Position numbers and translations under genes: made by a program
The notes under the pieces: generated by a model
Database searches by the model: none
Seen by the model: the letters and a program-made list of their open reading frames with translations, nothing else
What the model was told of the DNA's origin: nothing
Part shown: piece after piece, positions 12,546-24,879 of the stretch
Numbering within the stretch: position 1 is the stretch's first letter
Layout of the letters: the number at the start of each line of letters is the position of its first letter
NCBI RefSeq assembly: GCF_018143015.1
Contig: NC_054742.1
Location: forward strand, 16,118,441-16,182,440
Origin: Lytechinus variegatus
Lineage: Eukaryota
Direction: 5' to 3'
Length of the DNA: 64,000 bases

Positions 12546-14699
12546 GATAACACCCAAAATGAGAAAAAAAAGCCCCCTAAATCACAATGGCCCAAAACAC
12601 GATTAGAGTAGGATGAGGGGGGGGGGTCGGGTGTTCAAACGTTTTATAATTTTGAAACCTTTCTTCGTTCGATTACACTTAAAATATGAATTCAATAGTT
12701 ATAATCATCTTCTATTTTGTTCTCTAAATATTGCTTTACATTTTATGCAAACTGATGAAACTTTGCTTTTTATTTATTTCCAAATGACTGTTTAAAATCG
12801 ATTTCCGGACACACAACAACTGAGTATATCATGTAATTTGCACCAACTGCCACTGTAAGCCCTTGACGTCACAAATCCAGTCTTCATTTTTATAATGAAA
12901 GGAGAGCTTATTTTTCTTCGTTGCTAGATAATATTCTACTTCTTTTTGTTCTTAACAAAGATTTAAAACCAATATAATGGGTAGACTCTAGGTCTAGATC
13001 TAATTCATTTTTTACATTTACATTTACATTACAAGTGTAGACCAAAGTAATATTTCAATAATAAAATCAATTATTTTACAAAAGTCAAAGGGCCACCAAA
13101 TAATGATTTCATTTATTTAAGTATTTCATTTCATTGAGTGCTCGATCGCATGTTGATTCCCACATACATATAATGTAGATTATTTTTTTCATGGTAGGTG
13201 TGGAATGCAAATAGAGTGTAATACCAAAAATCATATAAATCTAAGCCTAAGGCTTAGACCAATTCAAGGGTTCATTACATGCCATCATGCACAGGAAAAA
13301 TCAAGGCACGACAGATGCAACTCTCTCTCTGAGCTGATCCTTCCACTTCTTTGGAGACTCCTGGAGTCCAGATGAAACACTTCCATGCGATTGCATGAAG
13401 TAAATTATTTCTACGAAATCTAAAATCTAATCAAATTGTTCCATTTCACTTTGGTGACTATTTTAGAACCCTGTTCTTCATCTTTTCTTGCTCTTGATGT
13501 TGCTGCCTGTAGAACCACAACAGCAATTTTTGGCCTAGAGAGGGCACAGGATTTATATTCATATCAAAGACACTACAAGGGAAAGACTAGGCACATAAAC
13601 TATTTTAAACGCAAATCGACGCAAAAAATTGTGCGAAGTCCGTGAAGTGTCCAACCTACTAATACTATAGTATCGACTTTGGTAGACCGTATTATTGACA
13701 AATGAACAAAGCTTGTATTGCTGGTTTCATTCAAGGTATGTAGTTTTCTTTCTATTTTTTCAATTAGTCATTGTTTTAAATTATTTGCAAGAAATTGTTA
13801 CCATCGCCAATAATAATCTGAAATTATGATTATTAAGGTAGGCCTATTTCATTTATTGGTGCCCATATTCAATCAAGTAAATATACTAAAGAATTGCGCA
13901 TTCTAATAATTTAGCTAAATCTACTAACACAGTTCTAAAATTACAGAGGAGCTGAATCAAGGCTGTGAAATTTATTAGTGCCACCATCTGGCTTCCTTTT
14001 ATTTCCGTAGAAGAGACACGCAAGTCACTTTGTAGGCCAAGACAAGCAGATTTGCTCTTTTTTGTATGATTTTGATTTATTATGAATTTTCAAGAAATAC
14101 AATTGTACATGTATGGCTAGTTGGCTACTCACCAGAAAAAGCCCCGGTGAGTAGCAAGAAGGAGTTTCGGCAAATATTACTTCTGTAATAAAGCGATGTT
14201 TGCTGACTACATAGAAATCCAGGGCCAAACACGGTTCGGTGTAAGAATAGCATACTAACCTCTCACAAGTGTTGGTGGATCGAACCCCTCCTAGTACCAA
14301 TGAGGTCCAAACTTTAATATGTATGCAACTCATAAGCGACAATACCCAAATTATGGGTTGGTCAATGCTGTTTTGATTTGCAAGGGACTTTGATAACTGT
14401 ACACCTTAATACAAGTTGGATGCATGAGATATGACTTTCATAAGGTCGAATAAACAATAATATTAATAACATTTCAAATTAAAATGGATTACTGTTAAAA
14501 TTACATTTCAGGCCCTTTTTGTTGATTTTTCGGTCAGCATTCCACACATTGCGACGACTGATCAACTCCGAAGTGATACGCGTACAGGTTAGATGATCAG
14601 TTGGTTATCTTTTTGTCAGATGTTCCTAATTTATATTACAGAATATGAATCTTCCGTATTATCTTGATTTCAGAGCATCAGTATTAAGTCATTTTAGGA

Positions 14700-15130
14700 T
14701 GGAATCAGTGGCGAATCCAGGGGTGAACATTTCCGGTCCATGCCCCCTTGGTCGGTGGCATTCCAAATATTACGCAGGAAAAAATTACCTTTTTTCAGTG
14801 ATAATCTTTCTTTTTTTTATCTGTAAAATTATACGGGAAACAAAACGACTATCGATTTTTAGTGACAACCTTTTTATGGGGATTAGGGGCTTGCCAAAAA
14901 CGGGACAAAATAACCTTCTTTTCTTCAGTGACTATTTTTTTTACTCGTCAAATTTTATGCCAGAAAAAATTACCTTCATTTTTTTCGTGAGAACCCTTTT
15001 TTTTAGGGGGGGTGGGGTGGTTGTCAAATTTTACATGAGAAATTGTACCCCCTTACTTTAGAAAATCTTGGATGCGCTAGTCAGTATCCAAGGGCGTTGA
15101 TCCATTTTTCAGACAGGGGGGGGGCAAAAT
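14700..15130 (+). mobile_element. Poly-G-containing repeat element with internal ~65-bp tandem units (aaaaattacctt...ttcagtga.aa...). Related to 60690-61010.
   Basis: Shared ...GGGGGG(C/T)TGTCAAATTTT(A/C)CATG... segments. ORF 14645..15061 is repeat-derived. Confidence 0.5.
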
Positions 15131-15237
15131 CATGAATCAACGTTCCAAAGGCGCTCGATCACACAAAACGAACAAACTGACCCACACACACATATAGGCC
15201 TATATGCATATATGCATATATATATATATATGCATAT

Positions 15238-16044
15238 AGGGACAGTGATTTTCTGCGATCGCGGAAAACGGACGGAATTCACGGAAAGGGCCTTTTGAAA
15301 CGGAAAGTGGCATTTTAAACGGAAAATCACGGAAAACGTATTTTCCCTCAAAATACACAGAATAGCAACACAAATAACTTCAAAATCACAACAAAATGAG
15401 AATATTAAGTGGCCACAAAACACCAGAAAACACTATCTCACTTCGCTACAATCATGATAATTCACACATCGTGACTGCACTCGACATCAGCACACTCGAT
15501 TGTACCCGCCGCCCGTACCCAGCCGGCCGGGTTAGGCTTCACTGCACTGTACACATATCAATCATATCGTTCCAACTACACGGTCGTGTTTTGCTGCCCT
15601 CTACGTTTGAAGATGTAACAGCACGATATCGTGGTCTTAAAATCCAAGATGGCGGATTGGCAAATGCTGTTGACTGATGATAACAATGTAAAAAACCCAC
15701 AAAATTATCGATGAAATATCATTTCACCATGAAATAATGCTAATAATGTGAAAGGTGACGATGTATGCATGCTAAATATTTTTGTAAAAATATTATATAC
15801 ACCCGCATAGATCCGATTAGAACGGATTCTATTGTGTTGTTGGTACAGTAGCAGATCAATTTTGACCAGTGCGAGTGTAGATCTAATTTTGCTATTCAAT
15901 GTGGAAACGGAACTGTCACTTTTCCATGTGTACTACAAAGTCTATGGGGAAACGGAATTTCCGTTTTCTGACATGCTGAAACGGAATTTGAGATTTTCTG
16001 AAACGGAAAGGGCAATTTTTTGAAACGGAAAATCACTGTCCCTA
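15238..16044 (+). mobile_element. ~810-bp TIR element. TIR TAGGGACAGTGATTTTC / GAAAATCACTGTCCCTA, with subterminal AACGGAAA repeats. Possible 6-bp TSD TGCATA.
   Basis: TIRs read directly. ORFs 15396..15677, 15705..15899, 15832..16023 and 15896..16108 are internal and non-homologous. Confidence 0.75.
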
Positions 16045-16856
16045 TGCATACGTATTGATAGATCTCGATAGATTGCTCCTTTTCAGCCAGCTCTCTAATT
16101 AGGATCACAACCGTTTTGAATAACGGACATTTCTAGCAGCTTTTGAGTTTAGTTCAATTTAATATGAGTTTGCTTGTTTCTGACTGATTTTGTGAGGTAG
16201 ACATGCTAGAACACTCGGCCACGCTACAGTATCTTAGAATAATTTTTGTATTGACCAGAGCGCTCAAAAACTTGAATTTTTGGCATATTTTTGTGTACGC
16301 TCTCTATTGGCGGAAAGTAATATGGCAAGAAAATTTCCATTTTTCAAGCTCTATTTTAATAGCGAAAAAATAATTTAAAGCATCAAATTTACTTAGTCTT
16401 AAGAGCCAAGTTATATAATGAAAAGCTGTAATGGAAACTGACAGTGTAAAAAAAAAATTGGCGCTAATTCAGTTGTGCACCACCCGATTACCAGCACACC
16501 TCATCACCAATATTCATGTGTAAGACAGTTTTTTTTTGTCAACGAGAAGAAAAATCAATGCTCAAATGATGCTTTTTGAGGGATATTCATCATATTAGGG
16601 GAATTGGCTTCTTATCGGTTAATAAGTTTCGTAGGACTTCATTCTGTAAGTCCTCTTATTAAATTTGTTGAATGTGCCGTGCCCTCAATTTTCCTGTAGT
16701 CGGCGGCAGAGATGCAGCCATGGGTGATAGAGATGTATCTAACCTTGTTCATTGAATGAGTGGTAGGATGGAAAGTCGAGTCTCGGTGTCCGGAAACTTA
16801 TGATGGGGTGACCATAATTTGCGCACATTTTAAAAATCATCATGAAGTTGATTTTT

Positions 16857-17292
16857 GATCAACAGTAGAGGAGCACGGCCAATATTGGAGACTGTCTCCA
16901 ATGTGGGAGATTATCTCCAATTATCAGAGACTTTTGTAAAGAATTTGGGTATCCAATTTCAGAGACAGTCTCTAGTTTTGGAGGCTAATTTCCTTTGTTT
17001 ACATTTGCGGCAAAAGGATTACCTTGGCGGCAAATAAAATGTGATAAGCAGATTCCTCATGAAAAATTACACCTTTTCACCGTCTACTTTTGTTTTGATA
17101 AGGAGTTTTGTTGTCATCCACACACAAAACAAATGGGCTTCTGACCTCAGCGAGACAAAATTTTGTGTGGAAAAAGTTATGCTTTTGTTGGTGTTGTTTC
17201 TTTTGTCCTTTTGCAAAGCAAGTCTCCAATGTGGGAGATTGTCTCCCCTATTGGAGAGAGTCTCCCATATTGGTCGTGCGCCTCTACTGTCT
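16857..17292 (+). mobile_element. ~430-bp MITE with ~45-bp TIRs: CAGTAGAGGAGCACGGCCAATATTGGAGACTGTCTCCAAT ... ATTGGAGAGAGTCTCCCATATTGGTCGTGCGCCTCTACTG.
   Basis: TIRs read directly. ORFs 16855..17037, 17041..17295 and 17108..17299 are inside. Confidence 0.8.
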
Positions 17293-17919
17293 TAACTGAT
17301 CAAAATTTTGTAACACTGACTAACAAGTAACACTAACAGCTCACACAAAATTAATCAAAATCATGAATACCAAACGAAAGTCAAGATCCTAAACTTTAAA
17401 GTAAAATTCACTTCTAAATTTTTCCAAATGACTTTCCGGATACAGAACCTGTCCGGACAAACAACAAATGGGTATAATTTATAAATGAGTGGTCAGCACC
17501 AACATTTATTACTATGCATGGGACTGTCTAGATATTCAGACTACGAGGTCAACGCCCCCTTTTGGAAGAGATTTTGTTACATTACACAAAATGAAAATAC
17601 CGAATCAAATAACAAAACTGTTCCAGTATTACTTAAATATGATTCAATTTACCATGTTGCTTGTTAGACCCAGGAATCGTGGTGAAAATCACTTTGAAGA
17701 ATGGGAGAAACGGTGTGAATGGTGTGAGAAACGTTGGAGTCAACCGATTTTAACTAACAGTCCCGGCAATCTACACAGCTGGCCGGCGCGGCCGGCCGGA
17801 TGCGAATATTTTTTCCGTACATGGGAACGCTATGGTGCATGAATTATTCATAAGTTGAGCTAAAAAATGAAATGCGCAGGCGCATGGACATAAAAATAGC
17901 TTCATGAACGAATCAAGGA

Positions 17920-18110
17920 GCTTATACCTTGGTCACATTTGATCTACGGCGCGGCGGCCGTACGGCGAGTCGACAACAGCCGCTTTATTACAATTCAAAC
18001 CACCTACATGTATACGTATATATAGTTGGTACAAAAAGTGTTGAAACGGCTGTTTTCGACTCGCCGTACGGCCGCCGTAGAGCGCCTTAGAGCAAATGTG
18101 ACCATGGTAT
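17920..18110. repeat. Long inverted repeat or hairpin: ~60-bp arms (ccttggtcacatttgatctacggcgcggcggccgtacggcgagtcgacaacagccg and its reverse complement) separated by ~55 bp.
   Basis: Read directly. GC-rich arms in an AT-rich context. Confidence 0.7.
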
Positions 18111-18299
18111 TATGGACGAGCACACTCTTGTACATGAATGAATGGACTCAATCCCATTCGCCCCTCTTTCTCAAGTTTCGATTTCTCTTCCCCTCTCTCT
18201 GCCTTAGCACACCACTCCTCTGAATCATGAATGATTTGACTCGCGTAATACGTCCTCGTAACCCCCCCCCCATCCAAATCTCGGTGTTTCTTTCTGTAA

Positions 18300-18540
18300 T
18301 GCAGTTTCCAGTGGCGTAGCGAGGATTTTTTTATCGGGGGGGGGGCACTGGTGGGTCCTTGCTTTTTTCAGGGGGGGGGGGCACCGGCCATTTTTCCGAT
18401 GTGTGTGTATGTGTCACAAGGGCGGATCCGACTTTTGCCAACAGGAGACGGGGCCCGAATTATATTTACCTATATCAGTCACTTCTTAGTTTTATTCTTA
18501 TAAAACAACATAAATATGAAATAATCTCATAGCCTTATAC
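18300..18540 (+). mobile_element. Repeat-family member: gcagtttCCAGTGGCGTAGCgagg...GGGGGGGGGCAC...gggcccgaattatatttacctatatcagtcacttcttagttttattcttataaaacaac. Possibly SINE-like.
   Basis: CCAGTGGCGTAG also at 19770-19790 (rc) and 28620-28640. Tail matches 28645-28700. Confidence 0.5.
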
Positions 18541-19589
18541 AAAGTGCGAGCGCGAAGCGCAAGCGATTTTTTTTTTTACTTTTCATGTATTTTTCCTGAA
18601 AATTTAATTTTCTGGGCAATGTTATGTGTGATCCTGAACAAGATTCGTATGTAACTAAATGGTTACTGCGAACACCAAGCGCGAACAGAATTTTTTATCA
18701 ACTGTTCTAGCATTATCGAAAAGGGACCTGTTAAGGACTGCGTACAGTTACCCACGAAGACGGTATATTTTAATAATGTGAGCGCGAAGCGCGAGCAAAT
18801 TTTTTGACATTCCGACCTAAAAAATTGTCATTCTAAGCACTTTTTGTATTAATAAATGGGATAGGTGTGTAACTAAACAATTGATGCGAGCGCGAGAGGA
18901 CTAATTGAGATTTTAGACCTAAAAGCGTGACACTCTATTCATAATTTGTAAATCATAAATAGGATATAGTCATTGGGGTATCATTAATAATGCGATCATG
19001 AAACCTGGGCAGACAATTATTGATATTCTCATGTGAAACTGGATAATTTAAGTACATTTGCGCTGTGAACGCTGAGCTTAGCCTGGTAATATAGGATTAT
19101 AGGAGCGCCTTGAGCATCTAATAAGGTGGATATGTGCGCAATATAATACCCTATATTATTATATTATATTATTATCATTATTATTTCAAATAAAGAACAT
19201 GCAGGCTATCACGCATGTTTTAGATTTAGACCTAGAATCTGGGCATTCTAAATACATTTGTTTAATGGAACATTATGGAATACACGTAGACAATATGAAC
19301 TTGGCAAATCAAACAATGTGACCACGAAGCGTGAGCTTAAAATGCTGATATGTAGACCATAAAACGGACATTTTACAGAGCGCTTAAATTTGTAAATGAA
19401 AAAAAAATAATGAAAGCTCGATGTTCGAGCTAAAATGTGTTTTGCATATTGACTTCAAAACTTGCTCCATATCAGCTTATCGAGCAAGATATGAATCTTA
19501 TCGAACAGGCAATTCTGGCGCGAAGCGCCAGCAAAAATTTTATGAAGTAACATGAAAAGATTTGTTTTTTAATTGGAAGTCTTCCCCTC

Positions 19590-19720
19590 ACATTCTTTCA
19601 TTCACTCATCTCCTTCCTCTTATTTTCCTCTTCTTTTTTTCTTCTGTCTTTCTTCTTTTCCTTTTTTCTTTTCTTTTTTTCCTTTTTTCTTTTCTTCTTT
19701 CTCCCTTTTTTTTGCTCTGC
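19590..19720 (+). repeat. CT-rich low-complexity tract (tcttcttttcctttttt...). Source of spurious lysine/arginine- or phenylalanine-rich ORFs 19562..19831, 19573..19824 and 19598..20044(-).
   Basis: Read directly. Confidence 0.85.
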
Positions 19721-19859
19721 CAATTTTTTCTGGGGGGGGGGGGGGCACGTGCCCCCCCATCCCAGCCCCCCGTAGCTACGCCACTGCAACTTTCTCTTTG
19801 CTCTCCCCCTCGAGAGGGAGGTGAGAAATAAGAGTAGTGAGAGGGGATTCAGGGAAGAG

Positions 19860-20240
19860 AGAGAGAGAGTGTGAATTAAAGAAAGAAACAGAGATTGAAA
19901 TGGATCGAGCATTCGTTCATGTTTCATAAATAAACAGAGAAAGCCAGTGAGGGGGAGAGAACGAGAAACTAAAGAAAGGAACAGAGATTGAGATGGAGGG
20001 GGGGGGGCGGGTGGCGATCGATCGAGGACAATATGCGAGTCCATTTATTTAAGTTTTATAAAGAAACAGAGATGTTGCAAGAGAAGCTGGGTAGGAGAGA
20101 GAGACGGGGGGGGGGGCAAGAACTTGGTCATCATAGAGAAAGAAACAGAAATTTAGATGGAGAGGGGCCGGGGGGGGGGGGTGGCGAGGACATCATGCGA
20201 GTTCGTTCATTCATGTTTCAGAGAGTGCAAGATAGAGTGC
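19860..20240 (+). repeat. Minisatellite, ~115-bp unit x about 3 (agaaagaaacagagattgagatggaGGGGGGGGG...atgcgagt.cgttcat...gtttcataaa).
   Basis: Read directly. ORFs 19988..20272 and 20157..20387 are inside. Confidence 0.75.
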
Positions 20241-20589
20241 GCGCTTCAGTTTTTAGATCAACTTATGAATAACGTTCACATGTACGGAAAAAAAATATTC
20301 GCCCGGGGGGGGGGGGCACTTCCATTGACGAGTGGATACCATGCGCGATCATGGGGTCTCGAAAAGCACGTAATTTCCATATTTTGAAAATGCACCCCTT
20401 AACAAGTTGGTGTGTGAATTAACAAGTATTGGAAACAAAACGATGCTCTTGGCAAATATTCACTGAAATGAACCCCTAAACAAGTACAGGAATATTACAT
20501 TATGTCATGGCGGGACCCCGGGCATGGGTCCTTCGCCTCGGTAGTCGGTTTTACCTTTATATAAACTTCTTTTGGGCTATTCCACTGTT

Positions 20590-21870
20590 ACTCACGTTAC
20601 ATTTGGAGACACCTTGGGGGGTTTGAACCCCCAACCCCCCCCCCTTGCGTACGCGCCTGCTTGGAGCTGTAACTCCATCATTATTGATAGGAACTAAACA
20701 TCTCCTTATCCCAACAAAGTACTCAGTCTGACTATCCTTTGTATAAAAACAAAACTTGGGAAATTTTATTATGCTCCTGGCAAATCTTTGGAATGTTTCG
20801 GTTACTCACGTTACATGATTTGGACATGCATAAAATGAAAAGTCGACATAAGTGAAAAGTCTCCTCATACAAGGCTTCTATGAAAGTTGATTATATCCAT
20901 TTCAAAGAAGTACATTAGTGAGACAAACTTTGTACATAATTACAAAAATAAAGAACACATGGTTTTTAGTTGGGGTGCAGATAATATGGTTACTCACGTT
21001 ACGGTTACTCACGTTACATTTTGTCCATGTATGGTTAACAACACATATGTCATCAAAAATTCAATAATGTGTGTAAAATTCATTGCTAGGAACATCAAAA
21101 AGAGATTTTATACCAAAAATTTGAACAATTGGAGCTTTATTAGGGAGTAAGAGGGAAAAGTATGATTTTGCTTACTAATTATGCATAAATTAGCATAATC
21201 GCTTAATACCAATTTGCATGAAATAAATTACTGTATAGTATTGTAGATTATGTCCAAGACAACCTGCGTGCAAATTTTCGGCATGATCGTGCGGCCAATG
21301 GCCGAGATCTCAAGAGGGGCCTGGGAGCCCCCCCCCCCCCCGGGCCATATTAACTCCCAAAATACCCCAGCCTAGATAGGGTGTTGTTCGAACACTCTTT
21401 AAAGTTTGGTTAATGAAAACCAAGTCTTACTAATGCACTCTCGCATTGTGAATACTTCTACTAATATTCAATTTTTTGTGTGATTGTATGACCACGGATA
21501 TTTTGATGAACAAAGAGTCACATCAAAGAGGTGTACCCTCATTTTGCTTTTAATTAATTAAAAATAACTTTACAACTCACCATGAGACTTAAAACTTGAC
21601 ATCCCACAGAAAATGTTACCTAACTGCATAATTTTTACTGGTTACTCACATTACATGATGGTTACTCACGTTACAAAGTTACTCACGTTACAGTTTTTCT
21701 TCATCATTTTTATCAAAAATTGTACTTTTTAATGATTTTGAAAGTCATCACTGTGTCAAACATTGTTTGAAGGAAGAGAATTAAAAATCCCACCATTTAA
21801 CTGTGAAGAATTTTTCTCTCAGAAAACAAAGTCATTTTTTTTCGGTTACTCACGTTACATCACCTGAGCA
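20590..21870 (+). repeat. Cluster of at least 9 copies of the 16-mer GGTTACTCACGTTACA (two with minor variation, once as an adjacent pair) spread over ~1.3 kb.
   Basis: Occurrences near 20591, 20800, 20989, 21001, 21641, 21661, 21680 and 21845. Confidence 0.7.
21170..21390 (+). mobile_element. 3' fragment of a related piggyBac-like MITE (internal similarity to 10330-10480; ends ...CCCCAGCCTAGATAGGGTG).
   Basis: Shared gcataaattagcataat...ggccgagatc motif. No clear TTAA at the end. Confidence 0.5.
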
Positions 21871-23344
21871 GGTTGCAATATTCATTTTTGAATGAGTACT
21901 ACAAATTTACTTGAAAAGCTGTTGTGTATTTTAAGTAATTTGACTCTTCTAAACTTCAGAAATATATAAAGTGGTATGTTGTTGCAATAACAAAATAGTA
22001 ATAAGGCATATTTCCTTTTTCACTATTTTTCTTGTATTTTAATTGGTACAGAATGGAAGAGACAAGGCTTTTGACCATTTTTTCCAAAGTATACATATGA
22101 AAATAAACTTTTTATTTCTTATTCCTGAAACTATCATGCATGAAGGACTTAAAATATTAAAAAATTCAAGAAAATATTGAATTTTAATTTTTAAGCTCAT
22201 GTCCACCAACCTAAGGAATTGCCCATTTGGTTTAGTACGACGCCACCTTTTAAGCCTCGCGCAAATCGGACTCTAAACACGTAGTGTTGCTATGCCTATG
22301 GGGTAAAAAGGACATCCTCTATTGTTTTATCATCCCCACAAATTTGACCCAAAACACGTAACTTTCCTAGCGAAATATAGATACCCTTTTTTCATTATTT
22401 TTGTGTTTTTGATACCCTAATCACGTTTCGTACGTAACGTGCCCTATCGTGAAAAAGACATCCTTTTTACGTGGTTTTTTTTTGGTCGCGCATGGTATCC
22501 ACTCGTTAATGTAAGCCCCCCCCCCCCAGTTTTTAGCTCAACTTATGAATAATTCATGTGCCATAGCGTTTCCATGTACGGAAAAAATATTCGCTGTGAC
22601 GGCGGCTAACGCTCGATCGCCATTGATCATTACACTCTTCCCGTTGATCACCATTTTTTGATAAAAACCTTTGTCAAATCTTTCCCAGAGATTCTATTAA
22701 TCAGCGGTGGATGTTTTTTCCGTTTATGATATATCGGGAATAATACGGTACGGTTTCAGAATATTTTTGTCACTTATTTTGTTCACAATTTCAGTCCAAA
22801 CTGGTTATTTTTTGTCTACCATAATAAAAATACCCACAAAGGCCACATTGTCATGATTGTTTGCTGAGGCCCACGTATAGCGATGCACGTAAGGAATGGA
22901 GTGATGTTGGGTATTCAGATAAGGCAAGCCCAGGTTAGGGCAGGCCCTATGCAAAAACTTGGCCCAGTACTAGTATTACTAGCTAGGCGAGATAAGAGAG
23001 AGAAGGAGGAGCTATGACCTATGTCATGTATGTGGGGAGAGAGGGGGGGGGGGGGGGCGGGGAAAGAAAAAGTGTACTGATCAGTGATAATAATTGAATT
23101 ATGATTAAAATTAGGCCTAGTGAGACTGAGAGGAGAGGGCTGAGGCCGGGGTGTCGAGATCACTCCTAAAAAAAGTAGGTACCATTTTTTTACTTCAAGA
23201 ATGAGGTCCAATTTCTAAACATTAACATGTATGGACCTCGGAGTCGATAGCTATAGCCTAGGCATGATAGGGGACTTGAGGACTCCATGACCATGAATGA
23301 TTGATGATGTCTTTTTTAAAAAACTTTGACATAGGCCTAGGGCC

Positions 23345-23560
23345 TATACCCAGTTGTTGTGTCTGGACAGGTTGTGTGTCCGGACGATCAATGTTTTATT
23401 AGAAAGTCATTTGGAAAAAATTACAAGCAAAGTTTCATCAATTTTTAGTATGTGTTAGGAAATAATAGAGAACAAAATGACTAGTGAATTCGTATTTTTA
23501 GTGTAATCCAAAGACAAAAAAGGCTTAAAAAATAAAAGTGTCCGGACACCCGACCCCCCA
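23345..23560 (+). mobile_element. Small MITE (~215 bp) with TIR GTGTCCGGAC. Related fragments at 17395-17470 and 12795-12830.
   Basis: Inverted GTGTCCGGAC termini. ttttccaaatgactttc shared with 17405-17425. Confidence 0.6.
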
Positions 23561-24419
23561 TCCTAACTGGGCGTTGTGGTGTGCACCTGTATTGCTGTAA
23601 TCCAAGCTGTTGGGAAGTTACAAATTGATGCAGAGGTTCGAGCCCTGGTCACGTCTTTCGGATGGTGACGTTAGAGGTCGGTCCCAGACGTAAATAATCA
23701 TATCTGATTGATACACGTCTGACAAAACTCAAATACACACACCCCCATCCTACTTCATTGGATTTGGAGTCTTGAATCCCCTCCATATGCATATGAGACA
23801 CATGTAAAAACTGATGGATTTCCCTAGGAAATCCACCATTTTTATTAAAAATCACGTAAATGGTCATGATTTTATTAATCTCTATACCTTCCTATGCCTA
23901 ATGCGTAGGTAGGTTTAAAAAAATTAGTCAATTAAAATGTTAAAAAATAACTGTTCCTTACCAGACCAATGTGTAGATCGCTCGATCCAAATGTATGCAA
24001 TGCAAATACAATATTTTAAATATTAGTGTTTCTTTCCCTCTCCGAAAAGTGAGCACAACACTTAGATATGTTTGTTAAAATGATATTCCTATGCCTATGG
24101 ATACATGTAGATGTACATTTATTGAAAAGGGAGGTTAGGAATATGACGAAGCGATGGAGAAGGAGAGAATAAAGGGGGAAAGATAAAGAGGAGAACAGGA
24201 GTGATGTTGAGAAAGAGTTTTAGTTAGTTACAAGAAAATATTACACTTCTAAATTATACAAAAAAATGTTCATCTGAAATTGCATCCATGTGAATTCACC
24301 AGACTTAATCTATGTTGTGTTTTTAAAGCACGTTTAAAAAAAAAACAGGTGTTTTAAAACGTGTGTTTAAACATGTTTTAAAACGCACTGTTTAATAATT
24401 TGGTGTGTATGATTCTAGC

Positions 24420-24535
24420 ATGGATTCCAGGAAGCCTATTGATTTTGAGGTCAAAAGGTCACAGGTCAAGATTACAGTGACATGTTTTCATCTTACCTTC
24501 TGAAGTCCTTGTTAACACACTGTTTAAAACACGCC
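24420..24535 (+). repeat. Family-B repeat unit (gtgtgtatgattctagcatggattccaggaagcctattgattttGAGGTCAAAAGGTCACAGGTCAAGattacagtgacatgttttcatcttaccttctgaagtccttgttaac).
   Basis: Recurs at 24880-25165, 26196-26320, 28160-28380, 30965-31190 and (inverted, tandem) 59840-60680. Confidence 0.8.
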
Positions 24536-24720
24536 AACCCTGCACACAAAGGAATAGCGTAAGAAATTTTTTTAGAAAAGGTGTATTTTCAATGACCTAT
24601 AAGAATGGGAGAGTTTCTTATAATACTAGAAGAGGAATTCCAGGTTTAGAGCCAGCAACTGGAATAGATATACATGTACCGGTAATAGTATTTGAAATGA
24701 AATAGCAAAACCTGTCAATG

Positions 24721-24735
24721 TTTATATAATTTTAT
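24721..24735 (+). promoter_or_regulatory. TATA-like element (tttatataatttta) about 35-45 bp upstream of the inferred MRPL9 ATG.
   Basis: Sequence motif and position only. Confidence 0.25.
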
Positions 24736-24765
24736 ATTGCCTTTCTTTTCCTTCCTCCCAGTGTC

Positions 24766-24864
24766 ATGTTTTCTTCAATCTGTCAGTCATTATTGACTCG
24801 ATCCAGTCAGTTTATGGTTTCTGGTTTTAGGGGCACAGCAGCAATACAATGGCAGCAACTAAGA
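24766..24864 (+). CDS. MRPL9: MRPL9-like exon 1. ATG at 24766, 33 codons (MFSSICQSLLTRSSQFMVSGFRGTAAIQWQQLR), S/R-rich like a mitochondrial presequence. Ends phase 0 at an AGA|GTAAGT donor.
   Basis: In-frame ATG about 30 bp downstream of a TATA-like motif (tttatataat, 24721-24735). Consensus GTAAGT donor at 24865. Phase compatible with exon 2. No sequence homology in this exon; placement is inference. Confidence 0.45.
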
Positions 24865-24879
24865 GTAAGTTTTTTAAAT

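Noticed and set aside
12211-12606. 131-aa and 100-aa overlapping ORFs with proline-rich sequence.
   Set aside because: They lie entirely inside a copy of the poly-G-TIR MITE. The same sequence recurs at 53165-53547 and 9230-9490, so these are repeat-derived.
14110-14345. Possible tRNA or tRNA-derived SINE head (GGTTCGATCC T-loop-like motif on the minus strand).
   Set aside because: No complementary T-stem or acceptor stem could be paired by eye, so it is not a canonical tRNA. A SINE origin is possible but unsupported.
19598-20044. Listed 148-aa ORF (- strand) rich in K/R/E (KKGRKKKRKKEKKKRKKEKKK...) that looks like a nuclear basic protein.
   Set aside because: It is the translation of a CT/AG-rich low-complexity tract plus a minisatellite. 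There is no codon structure and no splice context, and complementary-strand ORFs overlap it (F/L-rich).
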